From NCBI GenBank assembly GCA_044225365.1, contig JBGAIQ010000027.1:1-64000 (forward strand): a DNA stretch of 64,000 nucleotides, given 5' to 3'. Under the pieces are notes generated by a model, which worked only from the letters and a program-made list of their open reading frames with translations, ran no database searches and was not told the origin of the DNA. This document shows positions 28,827-37,286 of the stretch, piece after piece. Origin of the DNA: Planctomycetota bacterium (lineage in GTDB: Bacteria; Planctomycetota; B15-G4; JADJEK01). A program made the translations under genes and the position numbers. Position 1 is the first letter of the stretch; each line of letters opens with the position of its first letter.

Positions 28827-28961
28827 ATGCGGATCGCGAGGCCGTGAGCTCCTGATCGAAGAGACGACGCGACCGGCAAAGCGTCGTCGCTTCGTTCGGT
28901 GCAACGGATCGCGGTTTCGCGATCGATGAATCCCACCTGCTTTCGGCTCGGAGCGCCAACC

Positions 28962-30101
28962 TTGCCTGTCGAATTCGTGATCTTCGGTCTCACACTTCTC
29001 GGCGTCGCGATTTTTCATAACAAGACTCTATGGGTCGCGCTCGCCGGTCTACTCTCGTTGCTCACATACAAACTCGGATTCACCGATTTCCCGGTCGCGC
29101 ATCACCTTCATGAAGAACTTCCTCTCCTACTGAATCTGTTCGGCCTGCTCGTTGGATTCACGGTACTCGCTGGACACTTCGAACGATCGGGAGTGCCCGA
29201 GTGGCTGCCGCGTCTATTGCCGAACGATTGGAAGGGAGGATTCGTACTACTCGTGATCGTGTTCGGCCTGTCGGCGGTGCTGGACAACATCGCCGCGGCG
29301 TTGATCGGAGCAACGATTGCTCGCACCGTCTTCTGTGACCGGCTTCATATCGGGTATCTCGCCGCCATCGTCGCCTCGTCGAATGCGGGAGGAGCACCCT
29401 CCGTCGTCGGAGACACCACGACGACGATGATCTGGCTCGCCGGCGTGGAGCCGCTCCGGGTCCTTCCCGCGCTCATTGCGTCGATCGCCGCGTTCCTTTT
29501 CTTCGGAATCATCGGTTCCGTTCAACAGGATCGATATCAGCGCATTACACGAGACGAACGCATTCCGGTTCGGATCGATCGGGGGGCGCTTGCCACCGTC
29601 CTCCTCATCCTTGCGGGAGCGGTGGCGGCAAACGTGTATCTGGGGCACCGACCGGCCGTGGGTGTGTGGGCGGCGATCCTCGTCGCGGCGCCGTTTCGGA
29701 AGCCGCATTGGCGGGCAATCCCCAAGGCCGCCGTGAGCGCGTCGTTCCTCGTTGCGCTGGTCTTCACGGCTTCGATGATGCCGGTCGACCGCCTTCCATC
29801 CCCCTCGTGGGGTTCCGTGTTCGGACTTGGAGTCGTTTCGGCCGTCTTCGACAACATCCCGCTGACGAAACTCGCGATCGACCAGAACGGCTATGACTGG
29901 GCCCTGCTCGCCTACGCGGTCGGCTTCGGCGGCTCCCTCATCTGGTTCGGGTCGTCGGCGGGAGTCGCCGTTTCGAGCGTCTGCTCGAACGCGAAGTCAG
30001 TGGCAGCTTGGGTGCGGCACGGCTGGCCGGTTTGGATCGCCTACTCGATCGGTTTCTTCGCGCTTCTTTGGATTCGAGGATGGAATCCGATCCACCTTTG
30101 A
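28962..30101 (+). CDS. IT-superfamily (NhaD/CitM-like) ion transporter
   Basis: LSAVLDNIAA, SNAGGAPSVVGDTTT, SAVFDNIPLT, GGSLIWFGSSAGVA; GGAG before TTG 28962. Confidence 0.85.
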   Translation: MPVEFVIFGLTLLGVAIFHNKTLWVALAGLLSLLTYKLGFTDFPVAHHLHEELPLLLNLFGLLVGFTVLAGHFERSGVPEWLPRLLPNDWKGGFVLLVIVFGLSAVLDNIAAALIGATIARTVFCDRLHIGYLAAIVASSNAGGAPSVVGDTTTTMIWLAGVEPLRVLPALIASIAAFLFFGIIGSVQQDRYQRITRDERIPVRIDRGALATVLLILAGAVAANVYLGHRPAVGVWAAILVAAPFRKPHWRAIPKAAVSASFLVALVFTASMMPVDRLPSPSWGSVFGLGVVSAVFDNIPLTKLAIDQNGYDWALLAYAVGFGGSLIWFGSSAGVAVSSVCSNAKSVAAWVRHGWPVWIAYSIGFFALLWIRGWNPIHL

Positions 30102-30133
30102 ATTCGCGATGATGCTCGTTCACGTCGGCGCGC

Positions 30134-31174
30134 TCAACGCGACTCCGCCGCCTTTCTGGTGCGCTTTGCCTTCGCGGCCACCGGCGCGGCTTCGAGAGCG
30201 AGCTCGGGAAACTCACGATCGAAGCCGGCCTGCTTGAACCCGGCGAGCGTGTTCTCGTAGACCGGGCTCTTCAGGTGCTTCTCGACGTAGGCCTTGCCGC
30301 CGTCGAGGAGCAGCAGGCTGCGCAGGTAGTGGCGAATCCGGTCGTGGCCGTAGGCCGTGTTGTGGTCGAGCCAGAACACGATGAGGTTCAGGTAATTCGA
30401 CCGGGCATCGAGGCCGAGGCGTTCCTTCAGCATCAGCGATCGTTCGCACCACAAGATCGCGCTCTGGACTTCGCCGCGGCGGACGTGGACGCCGGCGAGG
30501 TTGTTCATGGCGTGGGCTTGCGTCTCGCGTTCGTAGGCGTCGTTCGTCGTGCGCCGGCACACCGTGTTGAAGAGCAACTCCGCGCCGTCGAGATCGCCCT
30601 TCGTGTAACGGAGGAATCCGAGCAGGTTCGCGGCATCGAGAGCATGTCGGCCGCCGATCGCGATCGCGCGCCGCAGTACGGCTTCGACGAGTTGGAACGA
30701 ACGCTTCGACTTCGAACGCGATTCGACGATGAGTTGCTTCAACGCCTTCGCTTCGCAACTCGTCTCGGTGCGACCTTCGGAGTACTCGTCGAGCGCATCG
30801 AGACGATCGAGCGCGTCCGAGGCGACATCGTCGACCTGCGCCGGGATCTGATCGAAGCAGAACATCCGGAACGTCGATTCGTCGGTCTCTCGCAGCAGCG
30901 ACTTGGCGAGGCGGTAGACCGTGGAGTTCACCCCGTCGATGATGCGCAGGAGCGGATCGGATTCGGCTGGGGACGTGGCGAGGAAGAGATCGCAGAGTCG
31001 GGAGAAGCAGCGCGGGCAGTGCGCCGCGTGCAGCGTCAGCGTGGTCGCTTGACCGAGGGGACGCAGCGCACCCAGCAGTTGGCGCAGGTCGGCAGCATCG
31101 GCGAGACAAGCTCGATCCGTCTGCCTCAGCGCCGCGCGCGTTCGCGTGTCCGATTTGCGTCGTTCGACGTTCAT
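30134..31174 (-). CDS. Soluble ZAS zinc-finger + TPR protein (anti-sigma-like)
   Basis: C-x25-HAAHCPRC; TPR-like NLLGFLRYTKGDLDGA and NNLAGVHVRRGEVQSA; ATGA overlap with upstream gene. Confidence 0.7.
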   Translation of the reverse strand: MNVERRKSDTRTRAALRQTDRACLADAADLRQLLGALRPLGQATTLTLHAAHCPRCFSRLCDLFLATSPAESDPLLRIIDGVNSTVYRLAKSLLRETDESTFRMFCFDQIPAQVDDVASDALDRLDALDEYSEGRTETSCEAKALKQLIVESRSKSKRSFQLVEAVLRRAIAIGGRHALDAANLLGFLRYTKGDLDGAELLFNTVCRRTTNDAYERETQAHAMNNLAGVHVRRGEVQSAILWCERSLMLKERLGLDARSNYLNLIVFWLDHNTAYGHDRIRHYLRSLLLLDGGKAYVEKHLKSPVYENTLAGFKQAGFDREFPELALEAAPVAAKAKRTRKAAESR

Positions 31175-32313
31175 GATGTGATGACCCCCTCCGTGGAGTC
31201 CTCCCGGTCCAACGAGAGCACGGAACTCTCGTTGTCCTCCGTCGCCAGTTTCACGACGAAGGAAAGGGTCTCGGCGTAGCGCCGGAAGAGTCGAGACGCG
31301 ATCTCGTCCGCATCCTCGATCGATGCGTCCTCGACGTTCGCGCTCTCGATCTGGAGCAACGCCGCGCGCACCAGGCCGTAGGGGCTGTGACCCGGGAAGA
31401 ACCAACCCCAGGTGCGCTGAAGGTGCGTGGCGAGGGCGCTCGAGAACTGCGCCAACGCTTCACGCGGTGAGAAGGAGAGTTCCTGACACAGACGCGACCA
31501 GCGTTCGAATCCTTGCTGGGTGCGAACCGCGCGAAGCGGCTGCCAGAGACGATGATGATCGTGGAGGCAGATGCCGTAGGACTGCGTCGCCTGCGGCGGG
31601 GGGATCTGCGAGACGACGAGCGTCTGCTGCAGCTCCGAGAGGCTGAGGACGAAGAGGTCGACGACCATCGAGACGACGTAGTCGGGAGTCGACCGGCCGT
31701 TCGTGGACTCATCCGCCAGCGCCTGATCGGCGCGCGAGCGCTCTTCGCCGCGCATCCGCATGAGGCGGAATCGGGCGAGGTAGCCCTCGGCGATCCGAAC
31801 TCTCCGGCCCGCGCGCAGGCGCTGCGCCGACGCCTCGAGGAACTCGAGGAGATTGGCGCGGAACCGTGTCCAGAGCGTCGGGTGCTCGTACTCGAGCTCG
31901 ATCGTGACGCGTGGATCGGTCACCGTCGCGATGAACTCCTCGCCGGCGATGAAGAGCCACGTGGCGAGGAAGTCGAGGACGGCGCCACTGCGGTACTGAG
32001 CTTCCGCTGCGGCCTCCGCGACGCGATCGATCAGTTGGGCAAGCGTCTGGGCCTTGGCCCCGCGCGCTCGCAGATGAACGAGGAACTCCGCCGCCTTCTC
32101 GCGTCGAGTCTGGATGCCGCTGTCGTCGCGAGCGACTGCCGATAGTTGGTCGGCGAGTTCGCTGAGCGAATGGTGCGCTTGATCGAGGAGCTGTCCTCGG
32201 TCGCTGTTGCGCACCAACTCGCGAAGCAGCATCACCCCGATCGGGGGTGACCCGTAGCGCAGGGCGGACAGCGTCTTAATGTCCGCTTCCTTGGATGGGC
32301 GAGGGTTGATCAT
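31171..32313 (-). CDS. Hypothetical helical protein, possible highly divergent ECF-type sigma factor
   Basis: RFRANLLEFL (sigma2-like) and WSRLCQELSFSPREALAQFSSAL (sigma4 HTH-like); coupled to ZAS gene. Confidence 0.5.
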   Translation of the reverse strand: MINPRPSKEADIKTLSALRYGSPPIGVMLLRELVRNSDRGQLLDQAHHSLSELADQLSAVARDDSGIQTRREKAAEFLVHLRARGAKAQTLAQLIDRVAEAAAEAQYRSGAVLDFLATWLFIAGEEFIATVTDPRVTIELEYEHPTLWTRFRANLLEFLEASAQRLRAGRRVRIAEGYLARFRLMRMRGEERSRADQALADESTNGRSTPDYVVSMVVDLFVLSLSELQQTLVVSQIPPPQATQSYGICLHDHHRLWQPLRAVRTQQGFERWSRLCQELSFSPREALAQFSSALATHLQRTWGWFFPGHSPYGLVRAALLQIESANVEDASIEDADEIASRLFRRYAETLSFVVKLATEDNESSVLSLDREDSTEGVITS

Positions 32314-33118
32314 GGGTCGCTGCGACGAGGGAGTGGGTGGTAATGAGCCGAAAGGGAACCGAACCGGGCTTGTTCGCCGAGTAGCTCGCCCCGCCGCCGC
32401 CGAAATTGGCTTTGCCGGCGGAGGGAGACGGGGGCGCTTGAGCGTCCTGCGGGCCCGGATCGGGAGGTCCCGCAGTCGTGGAGGTGGAGTTGGAACCGCT
32501 TGCAGCGACTCCTTGGGATTGCGCCGTCTCGGCTGACGGGGCCGACGCGCCCGACGACGCGAGCGTGCTCGGCGGAAGCGTCGTCGAACTCGGGGCGGGC
32601 GCAGGCGTGTCGGGCGTGGGCGTTTCCGCGTCGTCAGTTGCGACCGCGACGGGATCGGTGACGACGTAGTTCTGGCTGACCGGATCGTGGAATGCGACTC
32701 GGAACTGCAGGCCCGCATCGCGAAGCTGCTGAAGGGTCACGTCGATCGGAAGGGTTCCGTCGACATCGACCTTGCCCGCCGCATCAATGGTCAAGGGCAT
32801 CACGATCGCCGAGGCGAGTTCTTCCGCCGTCAGTTGATTCGACGTCGGATCTCCGGCGAACGCCGCGTGCGTCACGAGAAGAACGGCTTCGGTCGTGCCG
32901 AGGTCGTCCAAATGCAAGTGGAGGCCATCACCCGGGTGTTGCGGAGGCGCGTAGGACAGCGCCACCGAGCCGACCGTATCGGTCGGAAGCGCGTCCGTTG
33001 CGCCATCGGCCGGGAGGGCAGAGAGATGCCCGGCGATGGCGATCGCGGTTGCGAATCCGATTCCCGCGATCGAGAGCGGTCGGCAAGCTCGATCGGCGGG
33101 GTACCTGCGATTGTGCAC
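32276..33118 (-). CDS. Secreted protein with beta domain and Pro/Ser/Thr-rich tail
   Basis: GGAGG RBS before GTG 33118; hydrophobic signal SIAGIGFATAIAIAG; low-complexity C-terminus. Confidence 0.65.
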   Translation of the reverse strand: MHNRRYPADRACRPLSIAGIGFATAIAIAGHLSALPADGATDALPTDTVGSVALSYAPPQHPGDGLHLHLDDLGTTEAVLLVTHAAFAGDPTSNQLTAEELASAIVMPLTIDAAGKVDVDGTLPIDVTLQQLRDAGLQFRVAFHDPVSQNYVVTDPVAVATDDAETPTPDTPAPAPSSTTLPPSTLASSGASAPSAETAQSQGVAASGSNSTSTTAGPPDPGPQDAQAPPSPSAGKANFGGGGASYSANKPGSVPFRLITTHSLVAATHDQPSPIQGSGH

Positions 33119-33396
33119 GAAGAAGTTCCTCCGCTCCCGTCCACCGGACGACAAAGCGCTGACGATGTCTCGCAACGATTCCGCACGATGCGGCCACCAC
33201 ACCGTTGACTCGATGTGGTAGATCCCCAGGGTGGTCGACCTCGTCCTGACTCGAGATTCGATCACCACCGGCGCAGGACCTGGATCGGCAGCGTTTCCCG
33301 AGTCTCGTCGAAAAAACACATCTTTTCTTCAAGGTCCGTCACCGACCACCTTCTCGCGCGTGAGGGGATCGCCCAAGTTCCATTGCGCTCAATCCC

Positions 33397-35622
33397 ATGG
33401 TCACTTTCGCTCAGATCGCTCTTCACCTTCCCGTCGACCAACCCTTCACCTACATGGTGCCGGGCCCCTTGGAGTCAGCGGTCCAGCCCGGGGTCCGGGT
33501 GCGCGTCCCGTTCCAGTCGCGGGTCGTCTTCGGGACGTGCATGGCCATCGGGAGCGAGATCCCGGCCTTCCCGACGCGCCCGATCCTGGGGGTGGTTGGA
33601 GGTGACAAGCTCTTCGACGAGAAGATGTTACGCCTGTGCGGCAACATCGCGAGTCGGTACGGCGCGGGGATCGGCGAAGTGTTCGACGCGGCGCTTCCCG
33701 CAGCGGTGAGGCGAGGCACGGCGACGAAGACCGTCACCTTCGCGCGGGTGAAGCTGAAGAATGCGGAGGACGTCCACCGAGTCGTGCTCTCCCTCCAGGA
33801 GAAGCACCCCAAGCAGGCGCGCGCGCTGCGCATCCTCGCCGAAGCCAAAGTGCCGCTCGAGGTGAGACGGATCTGTTCCTTGGCCAAGGTGACCGAGGCG
33901 CCGGTGAAGACCCTCGCGAAGCACGATTACATCGAGCTGTTTCGCGCCAGGCCCGAGGACGACGACCTCGACCTCCAAGTCACTCCGGAAGAAGACAAGG
34001 TCGTGACGCCCGAGCAGTCGGCCGCGCTCGCGAAGATCTGTGCGGCACTCGACTCGAAGAAGCACCGCGGCTTCCTCCTGTTCGGAGTCACGGGCAGCGG
34101 CAAGACCGAGGTGTATCTGCAAGCACTGCGAAGGGCGATCGAGAGCGGGCGGCAAGGCATCGTCCTCGTTCCCGAGATCTCCCTGACGCCGCAGACCGTC
34201 GCGCGGTTCAAGGCGCGTTTCCCGCGCGTGGCCGTGATGCACTCGCATCTGACCGACGCCGATCGGCATCGCGAATGGCGCCGGATCCAGAAGGGCGAGG
34301 TCGATGTCGTCGTCGGCGCGCGATCAGCGATCTTCGCGCCGTTCGCGAACCTTGGTCTCATCGTGGTCGACGAGGAGCACGAGTCGAGCTTCAAGCAACA
34401 GAACTCGCCGCGCTACGACGCCCGCGAGGTCGCTCGCACGCGCGCCCGCCTCGAGCGCGCGGTGCTCGTGCTGGGATCTGCGACGCCCTCGGTCGAGACC
34501 TGGCACAAGTCGCGGAAGGGTCGGCTCGAACTCCTCCGTCTCCCCGCACGCGTGGGCGGCGGCTCGTTCCCCGAGACGATCGTCGCCGATCTGCGAAAGA
34601 CGGTGAAGCAGCCCGGTCGACCGCGGATCCTCACCGATCGCCTGCGCACCGCGCTCATTCATTGTGTCGCTCACAAGAGTCAGGCGATCCTGTTCCTCAA
34701 TCGCCGCGGTTACGCGACGGCGGCGATCTGCCGCGAGTGCGGTGAGGCGATCGAGTGTCCTCATTGCGACATCGTTCTCGTCTTCCACCGCAAGATCGGG
34801 CGCATCCTGTGTCACTACTGCGGCCATGAGAGTCCGCTGCCGCCCAACTGCGAGAAGTGTCGGGGACCGTTCCGACTCGCGGGATTCGGCACCGAGCGCA
34901 TCGAAGAAGAAGTCCGCATGTTCCTGCCCGAAGCGCGTTCGGCGCGCATGGACAGCGACACGATGCGGGCGCGGGGCGCGCACGACGAAGTGCTCACGCG
35001 CTTCAAGAAGGGCGAGATCGATGTCTTGATCGGCACGCAGATGATCGCGAAGGGACTCGACTTCCCGAACGTGACGCTCGTCGGGATCGTCGCCGCGGAC
35101 TCGACGCTCCACCTGCCGGACTATCGGGCGACCGAGCGCACGTTCTCCCTCATCGCGCAGGTGTCCGGCCGCGCGGGCCGCGGCTCGAAAGGCGGGCTCG
35201 TCATCGTCCAGACGCAATGTCCCGATCACTTCGCGATCAAGCTCGCCATCGCGCACGATTTCGAGCGCTTCGCCGCGCTCGAGCTCGAGGCCCGAGAGCG
35301 CGACGGGTATCCGCCGTTCGGCGCGCTCGCCCGCGTCGTGCTGCAAGGTGAGGACGAGGACAGCGTGCGGCAGAGTGCGGATCGGTTGCGGGCGCATCTC
35401 GACATCGCGCTCACCGGGGACGACACGGGCGTTTCGGTACTCGGGCCCGCGCCGGCTCCGATCGAGATCTTGAACGGGCAGCATCGCCATCATCTCGTCG
35501 CGAAAGCGCCGACGCGCCGGGGAATCCGCGCCTTCGTCATGGCGGTGAAGAGCGCGCCGCGCCTCAAGGGCAAGGGCGAACAACGCATGCTGCTCGACGT
35601 CGATCCGCTGTCGATGCTTTGA
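33397..35622 (+). CDS. priA: Primosomal protein N'
   Basis: GVTGSGKTEVY, DEEHE, four CxxC, GTQMIAKGLDFP, QVSGRAGR. Confidence 0.97.
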   Translation: MVTFAQIALHLPVDQPFTYMVPGPLESAVQPGVRVRVPFQSRVVFGTCMAIGSEIPAFPTRPILGVVGGDKLFDEKMLRLCGNIASRYGAGIGEVFDAALPAAVRRGTATKTVTFARVKLKNAEDVHRVVLSLQEKHPKQARALRILAEAKVPLEVRRICSLAKVTEAPVKTLAKHDYIELFRARPEDDDLDLQVTPEEDKVVTPEQSAALAKICAALDSKKHRGFLLFGVTGSGKTEVYLQALRRAIESGRQGIVLVPEISLTPQTVARFKARFPRVAVMHSHLTDADRHREWRRIQKGEVDVVVGARSAIFAPFANLGLIVVDEEHESSFKQQNSPRYDAREVARTRARLERAVLVLGSATPSVETWHKSRKGRLELLRLPARVGGGSFPETIVADLRKTVKQPGRPRILTDRLRTALIHCVAHKSQAILFLNRRGYATAAICRECGEAIECPHCDIVLVFHRKIGRILCHYCGHESPLPPNCEKCRGPFRLAGFGTERIEEEVRMFLPEARSARMDSDTMRARGAHDEVLTRFKKGEIDVLIGTQMIAKGLDFPNVTLVGIVAADSTLHLPDYRATERTFSLIAQVSGRAGRGSKGGLVIVQTQCPDHFAIKLAIAHDFERFAALELEARERDGYPPFGALARVVLQGEDEDSVRQSADRLRAHLDIALTGDDTGVSVLGPAPAPIEILNGQHRHHLVAKAPTRRGIRAFVMAVKSAPRLKGKGEQRMLLDVDPLSML

Positions 35623-35682
35623 ATCCGCGCGAACGCTGCTACTTTTCCCGCCCGCGGCATTCTTGTTCGACGGAGGCAAACG

Positions 35683-36261
35683 ATGAATGCACTGTTCGCG
35701 AGCAAGCGCTCGCTCGCCGTCGAAGAGTTCGAGAGCGCGTTCGGGCTCATCCGGATCTACGTCTCGCCGCTCGGCGTCATCGCGATCGATCTTCCCGGCA
35801 AGAAGAAGTCCGATGCGCGGAAGTTCGTCGGGAAGGACGAAACCGATCTACCCCTGACTGGGCCCGACGTGCGAACTCGCACCGTCAGGAAGCAGCTCGA
35901 AGAGTACTTCAAGGGCAAGCGACGGCGGTTCGATCTGCCCGTCGCCCCGCATGGCGCGGAATTCGATCGCAAGGTCTGGGCCCGCGTCGCGCAGATCCCG
36001 TACGCCGCCGTCGTGACCTACGGCGACATCGCGCGCGACGTCGAACATCCGAAGGCGTTCCGCGCGGTCGGCGCCGCGAACGGTCGCAATCCGATCCCGC
36101 TCGTCATCCCGTGCCATCGCGTCGTCGGCGCCGATCGCCGGCTCACGGGGTTCTATGGCGGCGTTGCTCTCAAGGCGAAGCTCCTCGCGCTCGAGGGTCT
36201 TGCCGTGTCGGACAAGAAGCCCAGCGCGGACAGCAGGGTTCTCGCGGCGTCAGGGAATTGA
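35683..36261 (+). CDS. ogt: Methylated-DNA--protein-cysteine methyltransferase
   Basis: RAVGAANGRNP, IPCHRV. Confidence 0.93.
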   Translation: MNALFASKRSLAVEEFESAFGLIRIYVSPLGVIAIDLPGKKKSDARKFVGKDETDLPLTGPDVRTRTVRKQLEEYFKGKRRRFDLPVAPHGAEFDRKVWARVAQIPYAAVVTYGDIARDVEHPKAFRAVGAANGRNPIPLVIPCHRVVGADRRLTGFYGGVALKAKLLALEGLAVSDKKPSADSRVLAASGN

Positions 36262-36273
36262 GGACAACCTCCT

Positions 36274-36528
36274 TCATCGGGCGCCGCGTCGGTTCTTCTC
36301 CAGGACACCCGCGATGATCAATACGAACGCGAGCAGGCGAATCCAGTAGTTCCGTACTCCGTCCCCGTGCTCGGAGATCGCGGAGAGGCACCATTCGGCG
36401 CAGAAGAGCCAGAACGCCACGAAGAAGTACGCGAACAGCCGATCGCGACTGAGTCGCCAGAACTTCAGGAAGAAGAGTCCGATGACGAAGCAGCCCATCG
36501 CAAGGGCGCCGAAGAAGAACTGGCTCAT
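36274..36528 (-). CDS. DUF5985-like small membrane protein
   Basis: GLFFLKFWRLSRDRLF...IRLLAFVLII...KNR; ATGA overlap with upstream gene. Confidence 0.75.
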   Translation of the reverse strand: MSQFFFGALAMGCFVIGLFFLKFWRLSRDRLFAYFFVAFWLFCAEWCLSAISEHGDGVRNYWIRLLAFVLIIAGVLEKNRRGAR

Positions 36529-36797
36529 CGACGCGGTTTCCCCTCGGACTCGAACACGAGTCCGATCAGCATCAACACGACGGCGATCAAGGCGGGAACT
36601 CGCCTCCATAACGCCAGATCGGTACCCGGAAGAACGACGAGATCCACGAACAGCGCGATGTTGTTGAGCGCGAGCCCAACGAAGCAGAGACTGCTCCAGA
36701 AGAGAAGCGGAGACCCGCTCGCGCGATAGCCGCGAAGCAGGAGAACCGCGCAGAGGATGCTGGTCAGCGCGCACAGGGCGTAGACGAGCTCACCCAT
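36525..36797 (-). CDS. DUF5985-like small membrane protein
   Basis: VYALCALTS..CAVLLLRGY...LLFWSSLCF.GLALNN. Confidence 0.78.
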   Translation of the reverse strand: MGELVYALCALTSILCAVLLLRGYRASGSPLLFWSSLCFVGLALNNIALFVDLVVLPGTDLALWRRVPALIAVVLMLIGLVFESEGKPRR

Positions 36798-37212
36798 CCG
36801 GCTTCCTCCTGATCAGGAATGAATCCGCGAACATGCGCATCGCCGCCGTCCGCACTCGCTCGATCGCATTCGCTCCGAGACAGACGAGGATCGCATTCGG
36901 CTGGTCGCGATAGAACTCACCCAGCCTGCCGACCGCGGCATCGAGATGGGGCGGATTCGCCGAGTAGCGGTGACGCGGTGGATCCTTCGACGTCACCTCC
37001 ACGAGCCGATGCGCCGTGAGGTGCTCGAGAGCCATGGGCACGAGGATCAGCGGCAATCGGAGATTCGCGCACATCTCCTCGTTCGTCCATTCCCGGGTCG
37101 GATCGCTTCGCAGGAGCAAGAGAAGCTCGACGTGCTCGTGCGACCAAACGTGCTCACGCAGCAGCTCGCGGACGTCGTCGGGTATCGAGGTGTCGTTCAT
37201 GGTGACGTCCAA
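36790..37212 (-). CDS. Small soluble protein, winged-helix-like
   Basis: ELLLLL...REW..EE....L...L..L...LV; C-terminal FADSFLIR; overlaps next gene. Confidence 0.7.
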   Translation of the reverse strand: MDVTMNDTSIPDDVRELLREHVWSHEHVELLLLLRSDPTREWTNEEMCANLRLPLILVPMALEHLTAHRLVEVTSKDPPRHRYSANPPHLDAAVGRLGEFYRDQPNAILVCLGANAIERVRTAAMRMFADSFLIRRKPDG

Positions 37213-37286
37213 CTCTCGTTGGCCGCTCCACCGTACACCTCACGACCCTTCGAAGGGAAGAACGGAAACCTCTTGGCGGAGTCCCC

